The position numbers were made by a program, and so were the translations under genes. Source: an uncultured Gemmataceae bacterium (GTDB lineage: Bacteria > Planctomycetota > Planctomycetia > Gemmatales > Gemmataceae). From it: a DNA stretch of 64,000 nt. Below the pieces are notes generated by a model. The model worked only from the letters and a program-made list of their open reading frames with translations. It had not been told where the DNA came from and did not search any database. The stretch lies in contig CAVVPN010000003.1 of the NCBI GenBank assembly GCA_963750165.1, positions 2,592,001-2,656,000 on the forward strand, read 5' to 3'. Below, in pieces: positions 32,431-44,629 of the stretch (its first letter is position 1; the number at the start of each line of letters is the position of its first letter).

Positions 32431-33288
32431 TCAGCGTTTGTCCAGCACGCGCTCCTTGACCTCCGCGAGCTTCCGCACCGACAGCCAGCCGCGCAGCAGA
32501 TACCCCGAATTGCTCAGGTTCTGCTCGGTCGGCGCACTGCTCGACTTCGTCTCACCGCGCGCCGCCGTGGGGTGAACGTCGTTCTTGTTGAGCAGGGTGC
32601 CGTTCCAGTCCTTCGGCCGCCGCTTGAGGATTTCGGCCTCGTAGTCGATCAGCGGCAGCTGCTTCTCCTTCGCCAGCTGCCGCAGCGCCACGTTGTAGCT
32701 TTTCGACAGCTCGGGCCGGCCGATGTGCGGCGGAATCGTTGACAGCACCACAATGGTGCCGTTGTCCAGGATCATGTCCACCGCCTTCGCCATGTCCTTG
32801 CGGTAAGCGTCGAGCGGCCGGCCGGCGCTGACATCATTGGTGCCGAGCATCAGCACCGCCACCTGCGGCTGATACTTCTTGAGCAGCGCCGCCAGCGCCG
32901 GCAGCCCATTGTGGCCGCCCGCCAGGAACTGGTCGGCGCGCATGCCGCCGGCCGCGGTGTCGGAGCGGCCGCCGGGCCGGTCCACCGCCGCCAGATACCA
33001 GCCGTCGAGATCATTGTTCTTGCCCGTGTGCATCCACTGGAGCACGGCGCGGTCGCGCGGCGTCCGGCCCTCGCCGCCGCGGGCCCACTGGCCGTAGGGG
33101 TTGGCGTGCGTGATCGAATCGCCCAGGTGCAGCACCACGCCCGGCTTGCCCTTGAACTGCGCGGCGACCTTGCGCATTGCCGTGCTGTAGTCCCAGCCTT
33201 CCGCAATCGGTTTCGGCTCCCCGGCCCGCGCTGCGGGCAGCGGGGCCAGCACGAACAGCAGCAGGATGATCGGCCAGCGACGGATCAT
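32431..33288 (-). CDS. SGNH/GDSL hydrolase, secreted
   Basis: GDSIT, GTND, DVHP; signal peptide. Confidence 0.88.
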   Translation of the reverse strand: MIRRWPIILLLFVLAPLPAARAGEPKPIAEGWDYSTAMRKVAAQFKGKPGVVLHLGDSITHANPYGQWARGGEGRTPRDRAVLQWMHTGKNNDLDGWYLAAVDRPGGRSDTAAGGMRADQFLAGGHNGLPALAALLKKYQPQVAVLMLGTNDVSAGRPLDAYRKDMAKAVDMILDNGTIVVLSTIPPHIGRPELSKSYNVALRQLAKEKQLPLIDYEAEILKRRPKDWNGTLLNKNDVHPTAARGETKSSSAPTEQNLSNSGYLLRGWLSVRKLAEVKERVLDKR

Positions 33289-33308
33289 GAGAGTTCTCCC
33301 TGAGAAGG

Positions 33309-33941
33309 TTAGCCCATGGTGCCGAACTGCCGGTCGCCGGCGTCGCCGAGGCCCGGCACAATGTACTTGCTGGCGTTGAGGTGGCTGTCAAGTGCCGCGA
33401 GGTAGATCGGCACGTCCGGGTGCGCCTGCCGCAGTGCCTCGACGCCTTCCGGCGCCGCGATCAGGCCGATGAACTTGAGCCGCGTCAGGCCGCAGCGCTT
33501 GAGCAGATCGACGACCGCCACGGCACTGCCACCGGTCGCCAGCATCGGGTCGAGCACGAACGCCAGGTCCACCGTGGTTCGTGCCGGCAGCTTGTTGTAA
33601 TAAGTGACCGGCCGCAGCGTCTGATGGTCGCGGTACAGGCCCAGGTGCCAGACCTGCGCCGCCGGCACCAGTTCCAGGATGGCCTCGGCCATGCCCAGGC
33701 CGGCACGCAGGATCGGGAACAGCCCCAGCACCTCCGCCAGCTCGTGGCCGGTACACTCGGCCAGCGGCGTCTGCACGGTGATGGGCCGCAGCCGCAGGTC
33801 GGCGCTGGCCTCGAAGAACAGCATCTGCGAAATCTCGCGGACGACCTCGCGGAAGGCGCGCGGCCCCGTGGCCTGGTCGCGCAACTGCGCCAGCCGGTGC
33901 AGCACCAGCGGTTGGCGGGATACGTGGACCATCTCGGACAT
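33309..33941 (-). CDS. upp: Uracil phosphoribosyltransferase
   Basis: PILRAGLGM, DPMLATGGS, PGLGDAGDR. Confidence 0.96.
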   Translation of the reverse strand: MSEMVHVSRQPLVLHRLAQLRDQATGPRAFREVVREISQMLFFEASADLRLRPITVQTPLAECTGHELAEVLGLFPILRAGLGMAEAILELVPAAQVWHLGLYRDHQTLRPVTYYNKLPARTTVDLAFVLDPMLATGGSAVAVVDLLKRCGLTRLKFIGLIAAPEGVEALRQAHPDVPIYLAALDSHLNASKYIVPGLGDAGDRQFGTMG

Positions 33942-33972
33942 GGCGATACTCCTTGCGGGAGGGGCGGGGCGG

Positions 33973-34575
33973 TCAACCGGCGTCGTCGGCCGCCTCGAAC
34001 ACCGGGCCGCATGCCAGTTCCAGGCCGGGCAGTAGTCGCGTGCGGTACACCTCCGGCGGCCGCACGGTGCGCTCGCGCCACCGGCCGCCCGCCCGCCGCA
34101 ATACCAGCAGTTCCCGTCGCTCCGCGTCGAAAATCCAGTATTCCAGCACGCCGAACAGCAAATACTCCTCGCGCTTCTCGGCGTAGTCGCGCTGCTCGGA
34201 GCCGGGTGAGATCACCTCCAGGACGATCTCGGGCACCCACAATTCCCAGAGCGGCTCGTCGTCGGGCGGTGGCGTCTGGTAGACCGCCAGGTCGGGGTGG
34301 CGTTCGCTCTCCAGGGCGGCGATGAGGAGCTTGCACTCGCTGCCGGCGGCCAGGGTGTGAATGCGGCCGGCGTGGGCCAGGTCGTAGGCCGCCAGCTGGC
34401 GGCGCAGGGCGCTGAGCTGGGCGAGGTGGCGGCGGCCAGGCACGTCGCTCACGACGAGGACTCCGCGGGCGAGTTCGTACAGGTAGCCCTCCTGGCGGTC
34501 GGCGCCGGCGAACTCGTCCAGGCGCAGCCGCCGGCCCTGGTCGGCGGGGCCAACGGTCAAGGTCACTCCGGCCAT
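33973..34575 (-). CDS. Uma2 family endonuclease-like protein
   Basis: HPDLAV, PEIVLEVISPGS, DYAEKREEY, GVLEYWI. Confidence 0.88.
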   Translation of the reverse strand: MAGVTLTVGPADQGRRLRLDEFAGADRQEGYLYELARGVLVVSDVPGRRHLAQLSALRRQLAAYDLAHAGRIHTLAAGSECKLLIAALESERHPDLAVYQTPPPDDEPLWELWVPEIVLEVISPGSEQRDYAEKREEYLLFGVLEYWIFDAERRELLVLRRAGGRWRERTVRPPEVYRTRLLPGLELACGPVFEAADDAG

Positions 34576-34621
34576 GCCTTCCTCCTCCGTGGACTGCCGC
34601 CGAGTGTAAGAGGCTGTGCGA

Positions 34622-34749
34622 GAAGTAGGTCCGGCGAGCCGAGCCGGCCCCGCAGTGGGTGCCGCTCGGCTCGCGGCACCTACCTCGGAAGTAGGTCCGG
34701 CGAGCCGAGCCGGACCCGCGGTGGGTGCCGCTCGGCTCGCGGCACCCAC
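34622..34749. repeat. REP-like array, two 66-bp units
   Basis: GTAGGTCCGGCGAGCCGAGCCGG..GTGGGTGCCGCTCGGCTCGCGGCACC at 34625 and 34691. Confidence 0.85.
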
Positions 34750-34785
34750 CGTTTCGCACAGACACTAACGGCCCCGGCGACGGAC

Positions 34786-35964
34786 TCAACCGGGCAGTTT
34801 CGCCTGGTTCAGCCGCTTCATCAAACTGGGCTTGCCGCCGTGACGATCACGCAGTTCGCGGAAGCGCTGCGCCGCCTCGGCGGTTTGGCCGCTGCGCTCC
34901 GCCAGGTCGCGCAGATCGACCAGCAGCCGCACCGCCTCGTCGTATTCCTTCGGCTTCTTCGACTCGATCAACGCCTCAACCTGCCGCCACACCTCGGCGG
35001 CGCGCGGCGCCAGATCGTCGAGGTATTTGGCCCGTTCCGCCGCCTTCTTTTTGGCGCGGGCCGCTTCCTCTTTGGCCTTCTTCTCGGCGGCGCGGCGGCG
35101 GTTCTCCTCCTCGCGGTGCTCCGCGGCGTCCAGCAGGTCCAGTACGCGCCGCCGCGGCGGCCCCGCGTCGGCCGCCGGTTGCTTGCCGCGGCGGGCGGCG
35201 CTCCAGTCGCGGAAGCGGCGCTGCAGCGTCATCTCCAGTGTGGCGCCTTCGCCGGCCAGCAGGTCCAGGATCACCGCGTCCTTGTCCGTCGCCGGCAGGC
35301 TCGCCACCCACGCGCGCGGGTCCTCCTGCTGTGGCCCGCGACCGGCCAGGTCCGCGGACGCCTCGGCCGCCACTTCGAGTAAATCGGCGTCGATCTGCAG
35401 GAATTTGCACAACGCCCGCTGCGCCGCCGTCAACTGCCGCAGCCCCGGCGGCACCGGCGGCTCCACCGCGTCCTCCGCGATGTCGTCGTGCCAGGCCGTG
35501 TGAATGCCCATCAGCCAGCCGAGGTACAGGCCGCGCAAATCGCCCGCACCCAACTCCGCCCGCAGCGGCAACAGGTCGTCCAGCGCGTCGTTGTCCACCC
35601 ACGCTTCATCGTCGGGCGGGTCGTCGTAATAGCAGTTCAGGTCGATCACCACGGCGTCGCGCTTCTGCCAGGCCGTCACCCGGTCTTCGATGCAGTACGG
35701 TTGCACGTCGGCCAGGGCCAGCCACGCCGCCGGCACACGGAGCATGAGCCGGCGCGACCCCCAGTTCGCGAAGTACAGGTGGGCGTCGTAATACTTCTCC
35801 ATCAACTTGTTGGGGTCGCCGCGGAAGTCGCCGAAGTGGTACTCGTTGACGAAGCTGGTCGCGGTGATCTCGGCGCGCGTGGACAGCTCGCGCACCGCTG
35901 CCTGCTGCTTCTGGTCCAGCGGTTTATCGACCGCCCGGAACTCGTAATACTGGTATTCGCTCAT
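34786..35964 (-). CDS. Conserved hypothetical protein
   Basis: MSEYQYYEFRAVDKPL, YFANWG, GDLRGLYLGWL, EPPVPPGL; GC-biased codon usage. Confidence 0.8.
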   Translation of the reverse strand: MSEYQYYEFRAVDKPLDQKQQAAVRELSTRAEITATSFVNEYHFGDFRGDPNKLMEKYYDAHLYFANWGSRRLMLRVPAAWLALADVQPYCIEDRVTAWQKRDAVVIDLNCYYDDPPDDEAWVDNDALDDLLPLRAELGAGDLRGLYLGWLMGIHTAWHDDIAEDAVEPPVPPGLRQLTAAQRALCKFLQIDADLLEVAAEASADLAGRGPQQEDPRAWVASLPATDKDAVILDLLAGEGATLEMTLQRRFRDWSAARRGKQPAADAGPPRRRVLDLLDAAEHREEENRRRAAEKKAKEEAARAKKKAAERAKYLDDLAPRAAEVWRQVEALIESKKPKEYDEAVRLLVDLRDLAERSGQTAEAAQRFRELRDRHGGKPSLMKRLNQAKLPG

Positions 35965-36035
35965 GGTCGCTCGCCGGTTTGCGTTCAGAAAGCCACCCGG
36001 AGGGCCATTGTATCGAACCGGGCGCGGGCTGTTTC

Positions 36036-36064
36036 TTGCAATCGACCGCCAGCGGCCGTATAGT
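36036..36064 (+). promoter_or_regulatory. Putative sigma70 promoter upstream of hisD
   Basis: TTGCAA-17bp-TATAGT. Confidence 0.55.
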
Positions 36065-36189
36065 CCACGATGCCCGGCGCGGCCGCGCCGCCGGGCCGTT
36101 GCTACCGGAACAGACGCTGTCGCCGCCCCCCTTGACCGGCCAGGGAATCGCAGCGACCGCCGCCCGGAACGGACCTCCCGAGAGCGCAC

Positions 36190-37610
36190 ATGGATCAACT
36201 CACCCTGCGCCGCATCCGTTGCGGCGACCCCGGCGCCGCCCGGCAACTGGCCGACCTGCGCCGCCAGCTCACGTCGCAGGCCGACGTGATGTCGCCGCGC
36301 GGCCGGCAGCTCACCGTGGCCGTCTTCGGCGAACCGCTGCCGCCCACGCGCGTCGTCGAGCGCATTTGCACCGACGTGCGCATGCGCGGCCTCGACGCGC
36401 TGCTGCACTACACCGAGCGGCTCGACGGCGTTCGCCTCACGGCCGAGACAGTGCGCGTCAGCGCCGCCGAGCTGGCCGCCGCCCACGCCGCCGCGGAGCC
36501 CGCGTTCCTGGAGACGCTGCGGCGCGTGCGGCAGAACGTCCTGAGCTTTCAGCTGGGCCTGTTGCAGAGCGAGGCGGTGCTGAGCGTGGTCGGCAGCCAC
36601 GAGCTGCGACTGCGCTATCGGCCGATGCGCCGCGTCGGCGTGTGCGTGCCCGGCGGCGCCGCGGCGTATCCGTCCACGCTGCTGATGACGGTGTGCCCGG
36701 CGCAGGCGGCGGGCGTCAAGGAGATCGCGGTGGTGCTGCCGCCGACGCCGACCGGGGCGTACCACCAGGACATGCTGGCGACCTGCCGCGAACTGGGCGT
36801 GACGGAGGTGTACCGCGTCGGCGGCGCCCAGGCGGTGGCGGCGCTGGCCTACGGCGTCACGGGGCTGCCGGCGGTGGACATGATCGTCGGCCCCGGCAAC
36901 GTCTTCGTGACGCTGGCCAAGAAGTTCGTCTACGGCCAGGTGGCCATTGATTGTCTGGCGGGGCCGACCGAGGTGGTGGTGCTGGCGGACGCGAGCGCAG
37001 CGCCGGCGTTCATCGCGTCGGACCTGCTGGCCCAGGCGGAGCACGACCCGGCGACGAGCATTCTCATCACCTGGCACGAGCCGTTGCTGGACGCGGTGAC
37101 GGCGGCGCTGCGCAGCCAGTGCGCGGCGCTGGCCCGCGCCGACCAGGCCCGCCACAGCCTGGAAAACTTCGGGGCTCTGGTGCTGGCGCGCGACGCGGAC
37201 GAGGCGGTGGAATGGGTGAACCAGATTGGGCCGGAGCACCTGCATATCGCGACGCAGGACGCCGAGGCGCTGGTGCCGCGCATCGACAACGCCGGGGCGA
37301 TCTTTCTGGGGCACTATTCGCCGGTGGCGCTGGGCGACTACGCGGCGGGGCCGTCGCACGTGCTGCCGACCGGCGCCACCAGTCGCTTCGCCAGCGGGCT
37401 GTCGGCGAACGATTTCCTGCGGCGCTCAAGCGTGCTGTCGTACACGCGCGCCGGCCTGGAGGCGCTGGCGCCGGACGTGATCCGGCTGGCGCAGAAGGAG
37501 GGGTTGACGGCGCACGCGGCGAGCGTGGAGATTCGGCTGCGCGAGGCGCCGGCGGAGGCAGCGTCGGAGGCAGTGGCGCAGGCGAGCGCGGGCTGCCGGT
37601 GGATCGTTGA
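36190..37610 (+). CDS. hisD: Histidinol dehydrogenase (3' end uncertain; ORF reads on to 37740)
   Basis: VPGGAAAYPST, GGAQAVAALAYG, GPGN, QAEHD, GPSHVLPT. Confidence 0.93.
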
Positions 37611-37624
37611 GCGGAGGTCAGTCC

Positions 37625-37981
37625 ATGCAAAGGGAGCTTCATTCGCGACCCATGACGGCCTATTTCCTCACGACAGGATTTGCAGCGGCCGTTCTTGTAT
37701 TCGGTCTGTTGATTGGTTTCGTCAACTGTCTGTGGTATAAAGACGATCCTGTTAGGATTTTTTCACGACTGCAAGAATTTGTTCTCATCGCGGTCTTCTT
37801 TGGCATCGTTTCGATGGTTCTATCATTGCCTTTTTATGTTTGTGCCTATTTCATGGTTTCTTCCAACAGTTACCTCGTCAGACAACTGCCCCACCGGCTT
37901 TTCTGGTATGGTTATGGTTGGACAAGTGGAATCCTGGTTTTCCTTACCATCAGTATTTGGTCCTTTAGCGTCTCCCGTTAG
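37625..37981 (+). CDS. Small AT-rich membrane protein
   Basis: GGAGG upstream; three hydrophobic segments; composition unlike flanks. Confidence 0.6.
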   Translation: MQRELHSRPMTAYFLTTGFAAAVLVFGLLIGFVNCLWYKDDPVRIFSRLQEFVLIAVFFGIVSMVLSLPFYVCAYFMVSSNSYLVRQLPHRLFWYGYGWTSGILVFLTISIWSFSVSR

Positions 37982-38025
37982 GCCCCAGATGTTCCAGTGG
38001 CCAAAAGTTAACAACTTGATGACCG

Positions 38026-38873
38026 ATGTCGCTACTCGATCACTTCCATCCGCCGCTACTCCACGAACACCACTGGGAGGGCTTCCACCACTCCTGGGCG
38101 GCCATCATCGCGCACCAACTCAACGAAGAGCAATTGCCCCCGAGCTATTACGCCGATCCGGAAATCACCGGCTCTTCCGTTTTTAGGTGCGAAACACTGG
38201 ATTTTCGGTGAACGGACGATCACGTGCCCCACGATTTTTCCAGGGAAAATTGAGAATCGGGCCGATAACCCGCACCTAAAAACGGAAGAGCCAAATCACC
38301 CTCGGCCCGCAAATGGAAATCGACGTGGCAACGCTGGAAAAGCCCCAATCCGGCGGTGGAGTTACCACCGCGGCGTGGGCGCCCGCGAAACCGCGGTTTT
38401 CTGTCAAAGCGGATTTCTCACGCCTGAACGGTTATGAGGTCCGTGTGTTCCAGGACTTGGCCGGCCCCCAATTACGAGCCGCCATCGAACTGGTCAGCCC
38501 GGCCAACAAGCACCGCGCGGACAGCCGGGAGACCTTCGCCGCGAAGTGCGCCGGCTACCTCCGGCACGGCGTTCACCTGGTCATGGTGGACATCGTGACC
38601 TCACGGTCGGCCAACCTGCACGCCGAGCTGTTCGACCTGATTCGGGTGAAGGGCCGCAGCGCCGCCTGGCGGCCGGCCACCGGCCTGTACGCCGTCGCCT
38701 ACCGGGCCGTTACCGCCCGCAAGGCGCCACGCTTCGAGGTCTGGCCCGAGACATTAGCCCTGGGGGAATCGTTGCCCACGCTGCCGTTGTGGCTGGCCTC
38801 GGACCTGAACGTGCCCCTGCGGTTGGAGGAATCCTACCTGACCACCTGCCGGCGCCTGCGCATCCCGGCATGA
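38026..38873 (+). pseudogene. DUF4058 family gene interrupted by a MITE
   Basis: Removing element plus one TSD restores YYADPEIT-LGPQMEIDVA in frame; IELVSPANK, LPTLPLWL. Confidence 0.9.
38170..38292. mobile_element. 123-bp MITE, ISL3-like ends
   Basis: Perfect 22-bp TIR GGCTCTTCCGTTTTTAGGTGCG; 8-bp TSD AAATCACC at 38162-38169 and 38293-38300. Confidence 0.92.
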
Positions 38874-38887
38874 ACCCCACTCCACGA

Positions 38888-39373
38888 TCACGGCTGTTTC
38901 TGCCCCGGCGCCTCCATGTCCAGGTTGCCCATGCGCAGCACCAGCAGTGGCACCCCGCCGCTGCCGGGTAGCGTGACCGTCTTGACGATCTGCTTGCCAG
39001 CCGTCACGCGCCGGAAATCGTCGGCGGTCAGTTCGAGCGCCACGGCGTTGTGAGCCAGGAACTGCCCGGCCGCGGGGCCGGCGGCCGGCACCTCCAGCGT
39101 CGGGTACACTTCCAGCCCCGGGAAGCCGGCGATGTGGCTCAGCTTCAGCCGATAGACGGCGCCCTGGCGAAAGTTGTAGCGGGCCGGCGCCTCCAGCGGC
39201 GTCTCGGAGAAGCGGGCCTTGCCATCCCGTCCCACCACGAGCCAGCGAATCTGCATGCCCGAGGGGCCGACGAAGCGCACCTGCGTGCGCCCGGCGCCGG
39301 CCGGCTCCTGTGCCCCGGTGGCGGCGACGCAGGCGACACCGGCCACGACCATCACCAGCAGTTTGCGGCACAT
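38888..39373 (-). CDS. Hypothetical secreted protein
   Basis: Signal peptide; PARYNFRQG, YPTLEV. Confidence 0.7.
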   Translation of the reverse strand: MCRKLLVMVVAGVACVAATGAQEPAGAGRTQVRFVGPSGMQIRWLVVGRDGKARFSETPLEAPARYNFRQGAVYRLKLSHIAGFPGLEVYPTLEVPAAGPAAGQFLAHNAVALELTADDFRRVTAGKQIVKTVTLPGSGGVPLLVLRMGNLDMEAPGQKQP

Positions 39374-39403
39374 GTCCTTGTCCTCCGCTTCGGGCGACGC
39401 GAT

Positions 39404-39763
39404 TCACCCCTCGCCGTCCAGCGCCCGCAGCATCCGCTTCAGCGCGACCGTGCGGTACGCCTCGCGGACCAAACCGCACACTTCAGCCCAGTCGGTCTGG
39501 CCGTCGATCCGCAGCGACACCCAGCCCTGGTGGGCGGCGTAGGGCGTCGGGTAGAACCGGCCGTCTTTCAGGAGTTGCTCCTGCCGGTCGTGCCCCACCC
39601 GCAGGCCGAGAGTCGGGCCGTCTGCGTCGGCGCCGAACGCGGCGAATAGCTTCTTGCCGGCGCGGAAGGTCGGGTGGCCCCACGCCTCCACCTCGGCGGC
39701 CTCCGGCAACGCCAGACACAGGCCGCGCACCTGTTTCAACGCCCGATCGGATTCCCTGCTCAT
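39404..39763 (-). CDS. MmcQ/YjbR family protein
   Basis: CLALPEA, WGHPTFRAGKKLFA, PYAAHQGWV, VREAY. Confidence 0.85.
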   Translation of the reverse strand: MSRESDRALKQVRGLCLALPEAAEVEAWGHPTFRAGKKLFAAFGADADGPTLGLRVGHDRQEQLLKDGRFYPTPYAAHQGWVSLRIDGQTDWAEVCGLVREAYRTVALKRMLRALDGEG

Positions 39764-39919
39764 CAAGGTTCCCCCGGTTTTTCCCCGCCGCCCGACCGGC
39801 ACAACCCGGCGCCGGCCGCGGCGGAATCGCCCAGAAAACCTCACGTCCGCCGCCGCCGGGCACCGCCTCTGCAATGATCCCAGACGGTCGCCCGCATTTC
39901 CAGAGAAGTGAGGTGCTTC

Positions 39920-40108
39920 ATGTCACTCCGCATTCTGTTTGTGGCCCTGACGCTGGCGGCGCTGTCCGGCTGCCGCTGCTGTTCGCGCCCCGCCCCGCCG
40001 CCCTGTCCGCCGCCGCCGTGCGGCCAGCCGGCCGGCCCCGTCGGCGTGCCCGCCCTGCCGCCGCCCAGCGGCCCCGCCGTGCCGCCACCGCCGCCCGCGC
40101 CGCTGTGA
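39920..40108 (+). CDS. Small Pro/Cys-rich putative lipoprotein
   Basis: GAGGT RBS; hydrophobic leader ending LSGC; Pro-rich tail. Confidence 0.6.
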   Translation: MSLRILFVALTLAALSGCRCCSRPAPPPCPPPPCGQPAGPVGVPALPPPSGPAVPPPPPAPL

Positions 40109-40185
40109 GCCGTGTAAAAACGACCGCGGGGCTGGTGTCTCACCAGCCCCGCTGCGGCCATCGGTTCAAAACGGGAGGGCATTTT

Positions 40186-40338
40186 TTACAACCGCCGACT
40201 GAAATTCACCAGGAGAAGCGCCAGCCCGCGAAGGTGATCGACCTGGATCGTCACCGCCAGCGCCCGCGCCAGATCGGTTTGGCCCTGCTGCACCAGTTGC
40301 GCGACTTCCGAATAGGTTTGCGTAGCCGTCGTGTTCAC
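40186..40338 (-). CDS. Small hypothetical protein (50 aa)
   Basis: GGAGG upstream of GTG; typical codon usage. Confidence 0.5.
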   Translation of the reverse strand: MNTTATQTYSEVAQLVQQGQTDLARALAVTIQVDHLRGLALLLVNFSRRL

Positions 40339-40541
40339 GATGGTTGCCTCCGGGTGATGAAGTTTGGGAACGCCAACCCAATCATTCCACGACCTGCTCG
40401 AACACGCCAGCGCTGTCGCGTCGATCTCGCGGGTTTTTCTCCGCGACCGATGTCCCTCACCCGTGTTCTGGTTCCGAAGCACAAATTGGCTGCTCTTTTC
40501 CCCGGCGGTTCATCTCGCCCCGCCGACCCAGCTTCCGGGTG

Positions 40542-40631
40542 GTAGCGGACAACAGCGAACCCCCGTTGTTAGTTTCGCGTGGACTCTGCCCGCGCGAAAC
40601 TAAAAACGGGGGTTCGCTGTTGTCCGGTAAC
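40542..40631. repeat. Long near-perfect inverted repeat downstream of dxs
   Basis: CGGACAACAGCGAACCCCCGTT..TAGTTTCGCG / CGCGAAACTA..AACGGGGGTTCGCTGTTGTCCG. Confidence 0.85.
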
Positions 40632-40633
40632 TC

Positions 40634-42550
<1,917 letters not shown>

Positions 42551-42676
42551 GGGTCCTTTCCTTTCCTCCCTCGGTCGCCGGGCCGTGTCGCGCGACCTCC
42601 AGTATTTCAACCGGACGGACGGCACGCGGATAACGGCCCGGCCGCGCCAGGCGCGGTCCGGGGACGTTGACAGTTA

Positions 42677-43577
42677 CTAGCGATCCCTCGCAAGAATGAA
42701 GCGTACCAGGTCGGCCAGGCGTTCACCTGCGCCGCCGAAAATGAGCAGGGCTTGCTGGGCGGCCCGGCACAGGTCCTCGGCCCGTCGGCGGCTCTCCGCC
42801 ACACCGAGCAGGCCGGGGTAAGTTAGTTTACCGCGGGCGGCGTCTTTTTGTACCTGTTTGCCGGTGGCCGCGGCGTCACCCTCCACGTCGAGCAGGTCGT
42901 CGGTGACCTGGAACAGCAGCCCGAAACAGCGGCCGTACTCCTGCAGCGCTTCGAGCAGCAGCGGGTTGGGGCCGGTGGGACGTTCGCCCTGGGCCGCCCA
43001 CAATCCCAGCAGCAGACTGGCCCGGAACAGCGCCCCGGTCTTGAGCTGGTGGACGCGGTTCGAGCGCCGCCAGGTCGCCGCCGCCCTTCTCCCACGCCAG
43101 GTCTTCCACCTGGCCGCCGACCATGCCCGCCGCGCCGGCACTGCGGGCCAGTTCCAGACAGCAGTGCGCCGCGGTCATGGGCGGATAATACTCGGCCAGT
43201 ACCTGAAAGGCGAGCGCTTGCAGAGCGTCGCCGGCGAGGATGGCGAGCGCCTCACCGAACTTTTTATGACACGTCGGCAGGCCGCGGCGCAGATCGTCGT
43301 CGTCCATCGCCGGCAGGTCGTCGTGGATGAGCGAGTACGTGTGGATCATCTCGACCGCACACGCCGCCGGCAGGGCGCTTACCTCGCGGCCGCCGCACGC
43401 CTCGCTCGCCAGCAGCACCAGCAACGGCCGCAACCGTTTGCCGGGCGCCAGCAGGCTGTACGCGACCGCTTCCATCAGCGCCGGCGGGACACCGCTGATC
43501 CGGCGCAAGTGGCCCCGCAGCGCCGTCTCGACGAGGGCCTGCTTGCCGGCCATCCATGTTTGCAAGTCGTCAGCCAC
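42677..43577 (-). CDS. ispA: Farnesyl diphosphate synthase (frameshift near 43062)
   Basis: GKRLRP, SLIHDDLPAMDDDDLRRG, KTGALF, FQVTDDLLD. Confidence 0.92.
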
Positions 43578-43579
43578 GG

Positions 43580-43873
43580 TCAACCCTCGGGCGGTTTGCG
43601 CGGACGTTTGCGGCTGTCGGCGGCCAGCGTGGCGGCGTGCTCGAACGGTGCCACCACCGGCCGGCCGTCGGCGTCCTCGCCGGTCAGCATCAGGATGCGC
43701 TGCTCCACCTGGCGCAGCTGGCCGTGGCAGCGCCGTAGCAGCGCCACGCCCTGCTCGTACTGGGCCAGCGCTTCTTCGAGGCCCGTCTGGCCGTCCTCCA
43801 GCGTGCGGACGATGCGCTCCAGGTCGGCCAGGGCCTGCTCGAAGTTCAGCACCTCCGCGGTCGGTTCGCTCAT
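43580..43873 (-). CDS. xseB: Exodeoxyribonuclease VII small subunit
   Basis: FEQALADLERIV..LEEALAQYEQG. Confidence 0.93.
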   Translation of the reverse strand: MSEPTAEVLNFEQALADLERIVRTLEDGQTGLEEALAQYEQGVALLRRCHGQLRQVEQRILMLTGEDADGRPVVAPFEHAATLAADSRKRPRKPPEG

Positions 43874-44022
43874 GGGATCTTCTCTTTCTGCGTCCCTGGC
43901 GGGTTGGCACTCGGAGTCGCTGACTGACGGCGGCGTACGCAGCAAGGGAGCCAAGGGAGCCAAGGGAGCCAACTTTTTTACACGTCGAGAATGGCACCCA
44001 ATGGCACCTGACCGCAAAGTCC

Positions 44023-44610
44023 TCAGCGCCCCTCGGCCGCGCCCGGACTGCGCCGCTGCCATCGGAACCCCTTCAAAAACGGCCGCGACTTGATCGTGAC
44101 GTCCCATTCCACGGCAAACCCCGCCCGCTCGAACTCCTCACGGATGAGGTGCCCAATTTCAACGCCGTGTTCGGCACTCCGGGAAAAGCTGCCGAACGCG
44201 AGCCACATCCCATCACCCCACATGGCCGCCTCCATGTCCTGGAGGTGGTAGAAACAGTAACCGATCAGGCCCGACCGCTTGCCACCCTCCTCTTTGTAGA
44301 GGCCCCACACGACATCCACACCATCCTGGATGGTGAGCCCACACCGGTGCCGGGCGAGAATCCCGCGCCCGCGGAGCGCTTCAAAAACACGATCCAACCG
44401 GTCGCAGTTCGTGACTTCAGGCCAGTCCCGCTCTGCCTCGCGTTTTTTGCGAAACTCGCGGCGAATGGCCCCGCGCAACCACGCCTCGTCTTCGCCGTCG
44501 CCATCGAACACTTCCTCGTCAATGATGGTGAAGACCTCGTCCGCGTCGTAGTATCCCGACCAGACGTAATAGCGGATCGAGTCGCGGGCCTCCTCACGCA
44601 CTTCATCCAT
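44023..44610 (-). CDS. Hypothetical protein (DUF6891-like) between xseA and xseB
   Basis: WPEVTNCDRLDRVFEAL, GYCFYHLQD, WLAFG. Confidence 0.7.
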   Translation of the reverse strand: MDEVREEARDSIRYYVWSGYYDADEVFTIIDEEVFDGDGEDEAWLRGAIRREFRKKREAERDWPEVTNCDRLDRVFEALRGRGILARHRCGLTIQDGVDVVWGLYKEEGGKRSGLIGYCFYHLQDMEAAMWGDGMWLAFGSFSRSAEHGVEIGHLIREEFERAGFAVEWDVTIKSRPFLKGFRWQRRSPGAAEGR

Positions 44611-44629
44611 CCGCCCCTCCGCCGACGAA

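Noticed and set aside
34786..37359. 857-aa minus-strand ORF
   Set aside because: Its upstream part is antisense shadow of hisD; the real gene starts at 35964.
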